This document shows positions 16,760 through 24,044 of a stretch of 24,044 nucleotides of DNA, one piece after another (position 1 is the first letter of the stretch; each line of letters starts with the position of its first letter). Origin of the DNA: a virus (Duplodnaviria > Caudoviricetes); IMG/VR virus record IMGVR_UViG_3300033145_000910, positions 1-24,044 of that record; one strand, written 5' to 3'. A program made the translations under genes and the position numbers. The notes under the pieces were generated by a model. That model was not told the DNA's origin and made no database searches. It saw only the letters and a program-made list of their open reading frames with translations.

Positions 16760-16980
16760 ACTTGTTAAGATTTGCTGAAAGTGGGGTTAAGAAAACTGAT
16801 CTTCCAGGTATGGCGTTAAGAATTTGTTAAGATTCTTCATGCTTTGGAGTCCTTGAAAAATCAAGGAAAATCCAAGTTTCTTAACATGTTAAGATTTGAT
16901 AAGAAAATTTATTAAGAAAAAGTTGTTTCTTAACAACTTTTCTTAATATATATAGTTAAGATTAAGAATTAAGAAAGTAT
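16760..16980. repeat. Putative phage replication origin (AT-rich TTAAGA iterons and palindromes)
   Basis: About 12 TTAAGA/TCTTAA copies in both orientations; palindrome TCTTAACATGTTAAGA; inverted pair TTAAGAAAAAGTTG/CAACTTTTCTTAA; directly downstream of the helicase-wHTH gene. Confidence 0.7.
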
Positions 16981-17003
16981 TTTCCAAATCAGTTATTTTG
17001 TTG

Positions 17004-18320
17004 CTAAAAGGGAATTTTGTCGTCCTCTGACGTTTCTTTAGACGGAAACGGCACGACATTATGCGCTACAAGCGCCCACTTGCCCCGCGCAATGTTCAAA
17101 ACCTTGCCGCGTTTTTTCAGTCGATTCAGTATCACCCAAACACTATTCACTGTCGTTCCTGTTTCTTCTGCCAGTTCTTTTGCTGAAACCGGCCCTTTTG
17201 ACATTATTTCGCAGAACGTTTCCTCAAGGGCTTTTTCTTCGGTAACAATATCTTCCGCTTGCGTCACGGAAATCGCTATTTTGTCCTCATTAAATTGCAG
17301 CTTCAGGCCGAATGGGTGCGGCTTCTGGAACAAATTCGTTTTTCTGCAGAAAATCCCGATAGATATTTCATTGTCGCTCACAGTTTCTTGCGGCCTTAGC
17401 TCCCACGTTGCTCGCGGAAGGTTCTCAAAGTATATGCTCCCGATAGGCAAGCGGTGCTGTTTCCCGTCCCGCCGCTCGCCCTTCGTCACGTGGGTAAGAA
17501 TTATGGTGGCCGCGTTTACAGGGGCATATATTTTCCGCAGGGCATTGAAAAACTGCACAGCCAGCTCTGCGCTCTGTATATCCCCGCCGCACGCAGGCCC
17601 GGCGCTGTCTATTATGATCAGGCCAATGTCGTTTTTGATAACGTCCCCGGCAATGTCTGACGCTTCCTCGACCAAAGGCAGGATGCAACGCCTGTAAAAA
17701 GGTAGCTTTATTTTCTGTTTAGTTTTTTCTTCCAGGTGCCGAGCCAGAAAAGAGGCCCGGCGCTCTGCTTCTTCCATATCCACTTCCCAGTCACAGTAGA
17801 GAACGTTTTTTCCAGCAATTGGCTTGTCCATGAACAGTAGCCCGTTCTGCACCAGCAGAGCGAAGTAGAGCGCTATCATTGTTTTACCTGAAGCACCGGG
17901 CCCGTACCAGAGCACAGGCAGCCTTTCCAGGATTACCGGCCATACGAGGAATTTCGGGTCAGACGCGGGAACTAGGCCCAGCTGTTTAGCCTCGGCAGTC
18001 TGTTCCTCCCTCTCAGTCACTTCCCGGCACATGTCCTCAACTATAGCGTCCCAGTTTATATCCTCCCGGTCCAGCCTGGATGCGAGTGCATTCGCAAGCT
18101 CCCTCCTGCTCCTGACGGCAACGAGGTTAAGCTGGCCCTGGTGCAGCTGCATCTGCCTGTTGTTCAGCAAATGCGCCGTTATTTTGACACGCGCAGTTAC
18201 CCTGCCGTCTTTATGCTGTTTAACCCTGTCCACGTGAGCTGTAACCGCCTCGCCGCTTGCCAGCGGCCAATCAATCAGGTATTTTCCGGCAACCTGTTCA
18301 ACTCTGTATCTACCGGCCAA
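17004..18320 (-). CDS. RecA-like AAA_25 replicative helicase/ATPase with a C-terminal winged HTH
   Basis: Walker A YGPGASGKT, VLYCDWE, Walker B IIIDS, ILTHVTK, PIGS; wHTH SAKELAEETGTTVNSVWVILNRLKKRG; acidic tail EDDKIPF. Confidence 0.85.
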   Translation of the reverse strand: MAGRYRVEQVAGKYLIDWPLASGEAVTAHVDRVKQHKDGRVTARVKITAHLLNNRQMQLHQGQLNLVAVRSRRELANALASRLDREDINWDAIVEDMCREVTEREEQTAEAKQLGLVPASDPKFLVWPVILERLPVLWYGPGASGKTMIALYFALLVQNGLLFMDKPIAGKNVLYCDWEVDMEEAERRASFLARHLEEKTKQKIKLPFYRRCILPLVEEASDIAGDVIKNDIGLIIIDSAGPACGGDIQSAELAVQFFNALRKIYAPVNAATIILTHVTKGERRDGKQHRLPIGSIYFENLPRATWELRPQETVSDNEISIGIFCRKTNLFQKPHPFGLKLQFNEDKIAISVTQAEDIVTEEKALEETFCEIMSKGPVSAKELAEETGTTVNSVWVILNRLKKRGKVLNIARGKWALVAHNVVPFPSKETSEDDKIPF

Positions 18321-18562
18321 GGCTTAGCCCTCCGTTGCGGCACTCGTGGTAACGGCGTTGTTTTTGACTGCAGTATTCGCTTGAATATTTTATCTAGCAC
18401 CATCCTCAGACGCGCGACTTCTTTTGTCAACTCTTTCAATCGTTCAGCCTCTTCGTTTTTGTCGCTCCAGTATCGGGGCGAGGGGTAAGGAGTCAGCCCT
18501 ATATCGTAGTAATAATCGCGCCATGTGTCCGACACAGGAAAATCAATGAAATCTTCTCGCAT
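18275..18562 (-). CDS. Hypothetical protein
   Basis: 95 aa, RBS AAGGAGG. Confidence 0.6.
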   Translation of the reverse strand: MREDFIDFPVSDTWRDYYYDIGLTPYPSPRYWSDKNEEAERLKELTKEVARLRMVLDKIFKRILQSKTTPLPRVPQRRAKPWPVDTELNRLPENT

Positions 18563-18565
18563 CAG

Positions 18566-18736
18566 CTATCCTCCTTTTTTAGGCGAATTTCTCTCAAACT
18601 CGCCAAGCGCTTCCAGCATCTGCAGCTCCTGTAGCACCGTGCCGGCGGTGACAATGCCCAGACTGTACTGGTACAGCGCGAATTCCAGACGTTTTAGGTG
18701 AACGCGTTTCCATTTTCTTATCAGCTTCTTGTCTAT
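18566..18736 (-). CDS. Small hypothetical protein, apparently with an ATA start
   Basis: ATA overlaps the upstream TAG; IDKKLIRKWKRVHLKRLEFALYQYSLG...SPKKGG (56 aa) fills the operon gap. Confidence 0.4.
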   Translation of the reverse strand: MDKKLIRKWKRVHLKRLEFALYQYSLGIVTAGTVLQELQMLEALGEFERNSPKKGG

Positions 18737-18921
18737 CGCGCCGCCCTCGCTTTTTTCAACAACGTTCCTTTCAATATCCTCAACTTCCCGGAGTATTTGT
18801 TGACTATGTGTATCTCCCCCGGCATGTTTTTGACCACCAGCCAGTTGTCAGGGTTAAGCCTGCACCTGGCTATGAGCCTTTTCTGCGCCAGCGTCGGGCG
18901 CTTGCCGTTTTTCAAGCCCAT
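18733..18921 (-). CDS. DUF6906-like small phage protein
   Basis: KNGKRPTLAQK......LNPDNWLVVK pattern, common in Firmicutes phages. Confidence 0.65.
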   Translation of the reverse strand: MGLKNGKRPTLAQKRLIARCRLNPDNWLVVKNMPGEIHIVNKYSGKLRILKGTLLKKARAAR

Positions 18922-19069
18922 ACCTCCTTCTAAGCTCTTTTTCTAACCTGTGCGCTATATGGCTCTGCTTGATTATACGCGGATCATCCAAGCCGTGCTT
19001 CCACGCTAGATCGATAAGCATTCTTTTCTCGCGCTGAAAAAGCATCCATAAGTACTCGAATCCGGACAA
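18854..19069 (-). CDS. Spo0E-like (aspartyl-phosphate phosphatase-like) small protein
   Basis: EKRMLIDLAWKHGLDDPRIIKQSHIAHRL resembles the Spo0E helix-GL-x-x-P-helix; the SQELD motif is degenerate (SHIAH). Confidence 0.45.
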   Translation of the reverse strand: MSGFEYLWMLFQREKRMLIDLAWKHGLDDPRIIKQSHIAHRLEKELRRRYGLEKRQAPDAGAEKAHSQVQA

Positions 19070-19131
19070 AAGGGAACACCCCTTTCGCTTCGCTGTGACA
19101 AGTATTTACGGAAACACCTCCAGCCCTGCCG

Positions 19132-20049
19132 TCAAGCAGGGCCAGAGGCGCTGTCTTCTGTTTCCGGTTCCCACGCGTCGCCTGGAGTCCAGGTTTCTTC
19201 GCCGTTTTTAAGTTTGTTCAAGTATTTAATCAGGTCGCTTGCTTCATCTTTCGTCAAATCCTTGCTGGCGTTTTTGTTATATCTTTCCTGCATAATTGCC
19301 GTCATTGTGTCTTTGTCTAAGTCGAGTTCTTTCGCCATCGTGAAAAGCTTTTCCAGCTGCTTTTCGGTTGCCGGGGTAAAACCTTTCGGTTGGGGTTTCT
19401 TTTGTGCTGCTTCTTCTTCCTGGTGGTTTTGCGTTATGTGGACGGGTTCCTGGTTGAGCTGCGATGTGTCGACCGGCATTTCTTCTGGTGAGTACATCCC
19501 TTGAAATTCCTGCGGCATGGCTTCCCGCAGCGCTTGAACAAGCGCTACCTTGCGTATCATAGTCGCAGGCATTTCTCGCCAGTTTCGCATGATTTCTCCT
19601 CTACTGTTATAGCGCTGGTATTCACTCAGCGATACTGTTACCTCCAGCGGTATACTCCAGTCCTGCCTGTGGACCCGCGCCCACCCGCCTATAAGTTCCT
19701 CGCCAGGCGCAACAAACGCGCCTGGCCTTTGTTCAATACCCTGTTTTGTCTGCACGATAACGCCGGCTTCCCAGCCCTTGCAGATCTGTTTAGCAGCAGC
19801 CCTTTTAGTGAAGGTTTCTTTTCCGGTCACAATGGTTGCTGGGCTATCGCCGAATTTAATTAGGTATGCTTCTCTCAGGAACGGATTTAAGCGCTGGTAC
19901 TTACATAATGCCAGGAACATCATCATTTCCTGGTCCGTAACCCTATCCGCATCACCTGAAACCAGGTACCGTTTTACAATTTCTGGAGACAGGGTTATCT
20001 CACCATGCTCAGTTTCATATTTGACCAGCATTTTGCCGTTCTTAGCCAT
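19132..20049 (-). CDS. bet: Bet/RecT-family single-strand annealing recombinase
   Basis: FLALCKYQRLNPFLREAYLIKF, GGWARVHR, WREMPATMIRKVALVQALREAMP..FQGMYSPEEM. Confidence 0.92.
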   Translation of the reverse strand: MAKNGKMLVKYETEHGEITLSPEIVKRYLVSGDADRVTDQEMMMFLALCKYQRLNPFLREAYLIKFGDSPATIVTGKETFTKRAAAKQICKGWEAGVIVQTKQGIEQRPGAFVAPGEELIGGWARVHRQDWSIPLEVTVSLSEYQRYNSRGEIMRNWREMPATMIRKVALVQALREAMPQEFQGMYSPEEMPVDTSQLNQEPVHITQNHQEEEAAQKKPQPKGFTPATEKQLEKLFTMAKELDLDKDTMTAIMQERYNKNASKDLTKDEASDLIKYLNKLKNGEETWTPGDAWEPETEDSASGPA

Positions 20050-20051
20050 TG

Positions 20052-20972
20052 TTAGCCCTCCTTAACTTCCAGCACCTGGTAGGTGCTGACCTTGATTAGC
20101 TTTGCCAGCACATCCGCCGGCAACTCTTTCCGAGCAAGTTTTGTATCAAACCTCTCGCTCCTGCGCTCTTTCACCTGCACCAGCCACCGCCCGGCCTGGA
20201 CGGGACCGCCGCTGGCTTCTTTAAGGAGCCTAGCCTTGACTTCGTTCCTAAATTCCTCTAGGGCTTTAATTTCCTCGTTCAATTCTTGAAGCGTTTCTAC
20301 AGTTACGATCAGGTCGCTCCGGTCCGTTACCTCCGGCTTTGCCTTTTTATAATCAGGATGGCAATGGTAAGTATACGGGCACCAGGGCGGCCTACAATTC
20401 CACGCCGTTTCAGGCGTATATGGCGGTGGAATTTCCCGCTTTTCTTCAATAGCTACAATCAAGTCTCGGAGGAAATCTATTTGGGATTCAACGAAATTTT
20501 TGGAAAGTTCAATCTGCTCAAAATAATGGTCCCACATGCGGTTTCTTGGCGTTTCCTTGTTCCGGGCCACCAGGTAACCTCTTTCGAGTCCTGTTGCGGC
20601 CAGGTATAATTGCACTTGCGCATAATACTGTGGATGGGCTTTCTTTACGCCTTTCTCCTGCAGTTCCTGGAAACCCCTAGCAGCCAGACATTTTGCTTCC
20701 AGTAGTATCTTTTCTCCTTTTGCGTTTACTCCAACAGCGTCAATGTGTCCGGCAACAACATCAAACTTGACTTCTTTTTGTTTATCGGCTATTGTGTACG
20801 GCGCCCCCGGAAGATTCCGTGCCGCCCACTCCAGTATGCTCGCTTCATGGATACGTCCTTCCTCGAATGCCCTTTCGCTTCCCTCCCACGGCGGCAGGCC
20901 TTCCACTCCCCAAGCCTCCAATTGGAGGCGGCGGGGACACGCCCCCGCCTGTGATATGCGGATATATGTCAC
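20052..20972 (-). CDS. Cas4/YqaJ-like PD-(D/E)XK exonuclease (Bet partner)
   Basis: SQAGACPRR, GRIHE, GHIDA, LEAK, YYAQVQLYL, and C-terminal CxxxxCPYxxxC Fe-S-type cysteines. Confidence 0.85.
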   Translation of the reverse strand: MTYIRISQAGACPRRLQLEAWGVEGLPPWEGSERAFEEGRIHEASILEWAARNLPGAPYTIADKQKEVKFDVVAGHIDAVGVNAKGEKILLEAKCLAARGFQELQEKGVKKAHPQYYAQVQLYLAATGLERGYLVARNKETPRNRMWDHYFEQIELSKNFVESQIDFLRDLIVAIEEKREIPPPYTPETAWNCRPPWCPYTYHCHPDYKKAKPEVTDRSDLIVTVETLQELNEEIKALEEFRNEVKARLLKEASGGPVQAGRWLVQVKERRSERFDTKLARKELPADVLAKLIKVSTYQVLEVKEG

Positions 20973-20987
20973 TGTTCTTTCCTCCTC

Positions 20988-21251
20988 CTAATCCCGCTTT
21001 AACTCTGGTTCCGGCGGAACCGGTTTAGGCGGCGCCAAGGGCTCGCCGTCCAGCAATAAGAACGTGTCCACAGGCTCTAACTCGATGTGGACGCGCAACA
21101 GCATGCGTTTGAAATCTTCTTTCATGTCCTCCAAACTCAAGGCACGCCGGAAAATGCTATCAAGGGTTTGGCCGTTCAGCGCGAACGTCCACTTGCTAAC
21201 ATCCACTTCGCACAATCCTTCCAACACTATACAGTTGTTTTTTGCTGACAT
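20988..21251 (-). CDS. Hypothetical protein
   Basis: 87 aa, RBS AAGGAG. Confidence 0.6.
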   Translation of the reverse strand: MSAKNNCIVLEGLCEVDVSKWTFALNGQTLDSIFRRALSLEDMKEDFKRMLLRVHIELEPVDTFLLLDGEPLAPPKPVPPEPELKRD

Positions 21252-21341
21252 ATATGTTACACTCCTTTTAGGTGGGTTTTGTTTGCCGGCTTTAGTCGCC
21301 GGCTTTTTCTTTACCCTCGGCTTTTACCAGGGCGTTATTCA

Positions 21342-22046
21342 TTAATCGCCGGCTTTTTTCTCTCCAGTGATAATCTCTAGCAATTGTACGCGTGAGGCGC
21401 GGATTTTTCCGCCTGTGTTAAGCGGAACGCATACGCCTGCCAGCCACTCCCACCAAATGAGGCACTTCCAGATTGGGAGGTTGTCTGCATTGTTCTTCAA
21501 AACCCAATCTAGCGTACCTACATTGATGCCGCAGGCACATTCTAGCGTAACGTCATAATTAACTACTTCCTTTATGACTGCGCCAGGTTCGATCTTCCAG
21601 GATGGATTAGGACTATAGGCGCTGCCAAATGTTTTGTACACTACCACTCCTTCTGGGGCAGACTCAAAATTATTAAGAATGTAGTCAACAGGGTCAACCA
21701 ACCCCTGCACACCAGAGAGGTCTGCTTCCCGCAGGTTTGCTCCCCGGAGGTTTGCTCCCCGGAGGTCTGCTCTCCGCAGAACTGCCCCCTGGAGGTCTGC
21801 TCTCTCCAGGTCTGCTCTCCGCAGGTTTGCTTTCCACAACTTTGCTCCCCGCAGGTCTGCTCCTTTCAGGTTTGCTCCCCGCAGGTCTGCTCCTTCCAGG
21901 TTTGCTCCCCGCAGGTCTGCTCCTTCCAGGTTTGCTCCCCGCAGGTCTGCTCCCCGAAGATCTGCTCCTCGGAGATCTGCCCGTTCGCCTCCTACTTCGT
22001 CGCTAAGCCACTTCGCGTGTTTTTCTAGAATGGCGGCTATGTCCAT
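21342..22046 (-). CDS. Pentapeptide-repeat protein
   Basis: LEKHAKWL...GERADLRGADLRGA..., about 18 A(D/N)Lxx repeats, then a globular C-terminal domain (ECACGIN). Confidence 0.92.
   Translation of the reverse strand: MDIAAILEKHAKWLSDEVGGERADLRGADLRGADLRGANLEGADLRGANLEGADLRGANLKGADLRGAKLWKANLRRADLERADLQGAVLRRADLRGANLRGANLREADLSGVQGLVDPVDYILNNFESAPEGVVVYKTFGSAYSPNPSWKIEPGAVIKEVVNYDVTLECACGINVGTLDWVLKNNADNLPIWKCLIWWEWLAGVCVPLNTGGKIRASRVQLLEIITGEKKAGD
21717..21982 (-). repeat. 15/30-bp coding tandem repeats of the pentapeptide domain
   Basis: Repeated AGGTTTGCTCCCCGCAGGTCTGCTCC units, in frame. Confidence 0.85.
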
Positions 22047-22071
22047 TTTAGCCCTCCTTTTTGCCGTCTAT

Positions 22072-22254
22072 TTAGTACGCTACCGTCTTCAATAGGTACA
22101 GCCACGGCAACGCCGCTAGAAGCACTCCCGCCAGCAGCATCAGAACCACCAGCGGCACGCATTTGTACCAGCGCCATACCAGCCGGCGTCTGGGCAGCAC
22201 GTCCTCGTGGCGGGCGGCGAGTTTATAGCCGTTGGCTTCTGTCGCCCACTTCAT
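22072..22254 (-). CDS. Small membrane protein
   Basis: 60 aa with a C-terminal hydrophobic helix; RBS AAGGAGGTG. Confidence 0.6.
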   Translation of the reverse strand: MKWATEANGYKLAARHEDVLPRRRLVWRWYKCVPLVVLMLLAGVLLAALPWLYLLKTVAY

Positions 22255-22619
22255 TTTTTCGCACCTCCTTTCCTCTCCACCTCGACCATCTTTTTGCCTT
22301 CGTAGCCGTCCACTATGTCCCGCCCGCCTTCTAATATAAGCCGGACGTAGCCGACGTAAGGCCGCCGTAGTACTTCGACGACCTTTTTCCCGTTTATGCG
22401 GTCGTCAATGCGGACCTGTTCGATTTTGACGGTTTCTTTTTTTCTGCACTTCTCTACTTCAACCACCTTTTCTCCTTCGTAGCCGTCTATGACATCCCGT
22501 CCGCCTTCCAGGATCAGCCGGACGTAGCCGACGTAAGGCCGCCGTAGTACTTCGACGACCTTTTTCCCGTTTATGCGGTCGTCAATGCGGACCTGTTCGA
22601 TTTTGACGGTTTCTTTCAT
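22251..22619 (-). CDS. Hypothetical protein made of a tandem 59-aa duplication
   Basis: KETVKIEQVRIDDRINGKKVVEVLRRPYVGYVRLILEGGRD occurs twice, period 177 bp. Confidence 0.7.
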   Translation of the reverse strand: MKETVKIEQVRIDDRINGKKVVEVLRRPYVGYVRLILEGGRDVIDGYEGEKVVEVEKCRKKETVKIEQVRIDDRINGKKVVEVLRRPYVGYVRLILEGGRDIVDGYEGKKMVEVERKGGAKK

Positions 22620-22795
22620 GGGTTTGCCTCCTCCCCTATATCTCTATCCCAATCTATGCTTCTTGCCAGAATCCTCGCCAGCCGGCCAAATAACTCATCC
22701 GGATTTTCCGGAAGGATGTCCAGAATTTCTTCTTTTTCAGCAACCAGGCCGGTCGGCGTGCGCCTGGCTGTTGCTTTGAGGAGTGCTACTTGCAT
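22616..22795 (-). CDS. Small hypothetical protein (59 aa, not in the ORF track)
   Basis: MQVALLKATARRTPTGLVAEKEEILDILPENPDELFGRLARILARSIDWDRDIGEEANP; ATGA overlap with the next gene. Confidence 0.6.
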   Translation of the reverse strand: MQVALLKATARRTPTGLVAEKEEILDILPENPDELFGRLARILARSIDWDRDIGEEANP

Positions 22796-22827
22796 GGTTA
22801 TTGCCCCTGCTTCAAAACAAAACCCCG

Positions 22828-23070
22828 CTAACCCACGTCCGAATGGACATGGGTAGGGGGCTGTTGGTCAAAAAAGTCTTCTTGTTGCACAAAAACTGGC
22901 TTTATCCCCAACGCTTCACAAAATTTATCAATTGTATCTTCATTCCACCTTCTACGACCTCTTAAAAGGTCGATGCAGTACATATAGCTGTACCCTGTTT
23001 TATGAGCAATGTCAGTTATTTTGTAATTCTTTTCTTTTATTTTTTTTCTAACAACTTCAGTAAAGTTCAT
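22828..23070 (-). CDS. Cro-like XRE HTH regulator
   Basis: Likely ATG 23070; ITDIAHKTGYSYMYCIDLLRGRRRWNEDTIDKFCEALGI; divergent from the repressor. Confidence 0.85.
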   Translation of the reverse strand: MNFTEVVRKKIKEKNYKITDIAHKTGYSYMYCIDLLRGRRRWNEDTIDKFCEALGIKPVFVQQEDFFDQQPPTHVHSDVG

Positions 23071-23079
23071 GTTTATCAC

Positions 23080-23175
23080 TAGGCAATTAACATAGATTAG
23101 AAACAATTATAGATGGTTTTCCTTTTAATTCGGCTATTTGCATAGTTTTTCTTTAAAATTAGGCACATTGCTAAT
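23080..23175. promoter_or_regulatory. Lysis/lysogeny switch region with three operator-like imperfect repeats
   Basis: TAGGCAATTAACATAG (23080), TCGGCTATTTGCATAG (23130), TAGGCACATTGCTAAT (23160) in the AT-rich region between divergent HTH genes. Confidence 0.5.
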
Positions 23176-23251
23176 TGCATAAATTTCTTATTTACTGTAA
23201 ATTAATATTTGCTGATAGCATAATGAAAATAGAAGGGAGGAGGGAATAATT

Positions 23252-23609
23252 TTGACCCGTATAAGAGAATTAAGAAAACAGAAGAATATTAGCGTTGAAA
23301 AACTAGCGGAGATATTGGATATATCTGTTCCTTATATGTATGACATTGAGAAAGGGAGAAGAAGGCTCCACGAAGATCTGATAGAAAAACTTTGTGAAGT
23401 TTTTAATGTCTCAGCAGACTATCTCCTCGGTCGACATCCCGCTAACGGAAGCCGATTTGGAGGAGATAATTAAGACGTACCCCGAACTTAACCTTTTCGG
23501 CGAACCTTTAGATGAAGGTGCAAGGGACGACCTGCTCAAGATTATTCAAACAACGTGGGGGATAATAAGGCAGAAGAAAAAAAGGCCTGAACAGGCCCGA
23601 GAGAAGTGA
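23252..23609 (+). pseudogene. CI/ImmR-like XRE repressor, frameshifted near 23432
   Basis: HTH RIRELRKQKNISVEKLAEILDIS..YMYDIEKGRR...VSADYLLGR; the typical C-domain DIPLTEADLEEII...LFGEPLDEGARDDLL continues in the +1 frame to TGA 23609. Confidence 0.75.
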
Positions 23610-23615
23610 TACCTA

Positions 23616-24044
23616 ATGTTATTATACTCCAAAGCTAGAGAATTAGCCAGGCGGTTCGGCAGCCCGGAGGAAGCGGCGGAAAATATGGGAATCACCATTA
23701 TAAAAATACCGCTCAAATCAATAAAAGGAGCCGCCCTAAGCCTGGGAGAAACAAAAATTATTTTTGTTGGCAGCGACCTTCCCTACCTGGAGCGCCAGTT
23801 TGTCATCGGCCACGAGTTAGGCCATTTTTATTTACACCCCTCGACGAATTTCGTCTTTATTCTCCAGAACACCTTCTTCCACGATAAGCACGAATACCAG
23901 GCCAACCGGTTTTCCTGCGAACTCATGCTAGGTGAAAAAGCTGAAGAACATAAGTATCTAATTTCGGAAGTGTGTTCTAAAAGGAAACTGAATAAGCTGG
24001 CAGAGTTTATCTCATTCGCGCTGGAGGGCGAGACATGGATGCCG
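23616..24044 (+). CDS. immA: ImmA/IrrE-family metallopeptidase (anti-repressor), runs off the window
   Basis: Hand translation from ATG 23616: ...ERQFVIGHELGHFYLH...HEYQANRFSCELML; HExxH plus ExxANxF; follows the repressor. Confidence 0.88.
   Translation, partial: MLLYSKARELARRFGSPEEAAENMGITIIKIPLKSIKGAALSLGETKIIFVGSDLPYLERQFVIGHELGHFYLHPSTNFVFILQNTFFHDKHEYQANRFSCELMLGEKAEEHKYLISEVCSKRKLNKLAEFISFALEGETWMP

Noticed and set aside
20052-20972. Cas4 as a CRISPR adaptation gene linked to the array
   Set aside because: It is paired with Bet as the usual phage exonuclease-recombinase module, lies more than 6 kb from the array, and there is no cas1/cas2.
334-21558. Numerous plus-strand ORFs (e.g. 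1195..1704, 6729..7697, 17017..17697)
   Set aside because: Antisense shadows of well-supported minus-strand phage genes, with no motifs or RBS.
21717-22006. 15/30-bp repeats as CRISPR, and the plus-strand LLPAG ORF (21737..22006)
   Set aside because: The repeats encode the pentapeptide domain on the minus strand; the plus-strand ORF is its shadow.

Overview
This window is part of a temperate, tailed Firmicutes-type (pro)phage. On the minus strand, in transcription order, it runs: Cro-like HTH, small early genes, pentapeptide-repeat protein, Cas4-like exonuclease and Bet recombinase, AAA helicase with an AT-rich iteron origin, DUF5131 (Gp37/Gp68), RusA, late activator, an AT-rich PLMP/RRXRR-DUF559 nuclease, TerS, TerL, portal, MuF head protein, a multi-enzyme polyprotein ending in an XkdF-type prohead protease, scaffold, DUF2190, and major capsid (cut by the window edge). 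A CI-like repressor and an ImmA/IrrE-like peptidase diverge on the plus strand. Three things stand out. (1) A ~590-nt non-coding array at ~13192-13787 is built from (G/A/T)GY-NN pentamers grouped into 21/26-nt modules, directly upstream of the C-terminal remnant of a RAMP/Cas7-like gene; this is a candidate phage repeat-RNA-guided (VIPR-like) system. (2) A head-module polyprotein combines NTase, methyltransferase, ATP-dependent ligase, UDG, LigD-type 3'-phosphoesterase and prohead protease domains, with a hydrophobic-x-K|(A/S/G) motif at the domain borders. (3) At least five genes are broken by deletions or frameshifts, so this copy may be decaying or mis-assembled. All family assignments come from motif recognition by eye; no searches were run.
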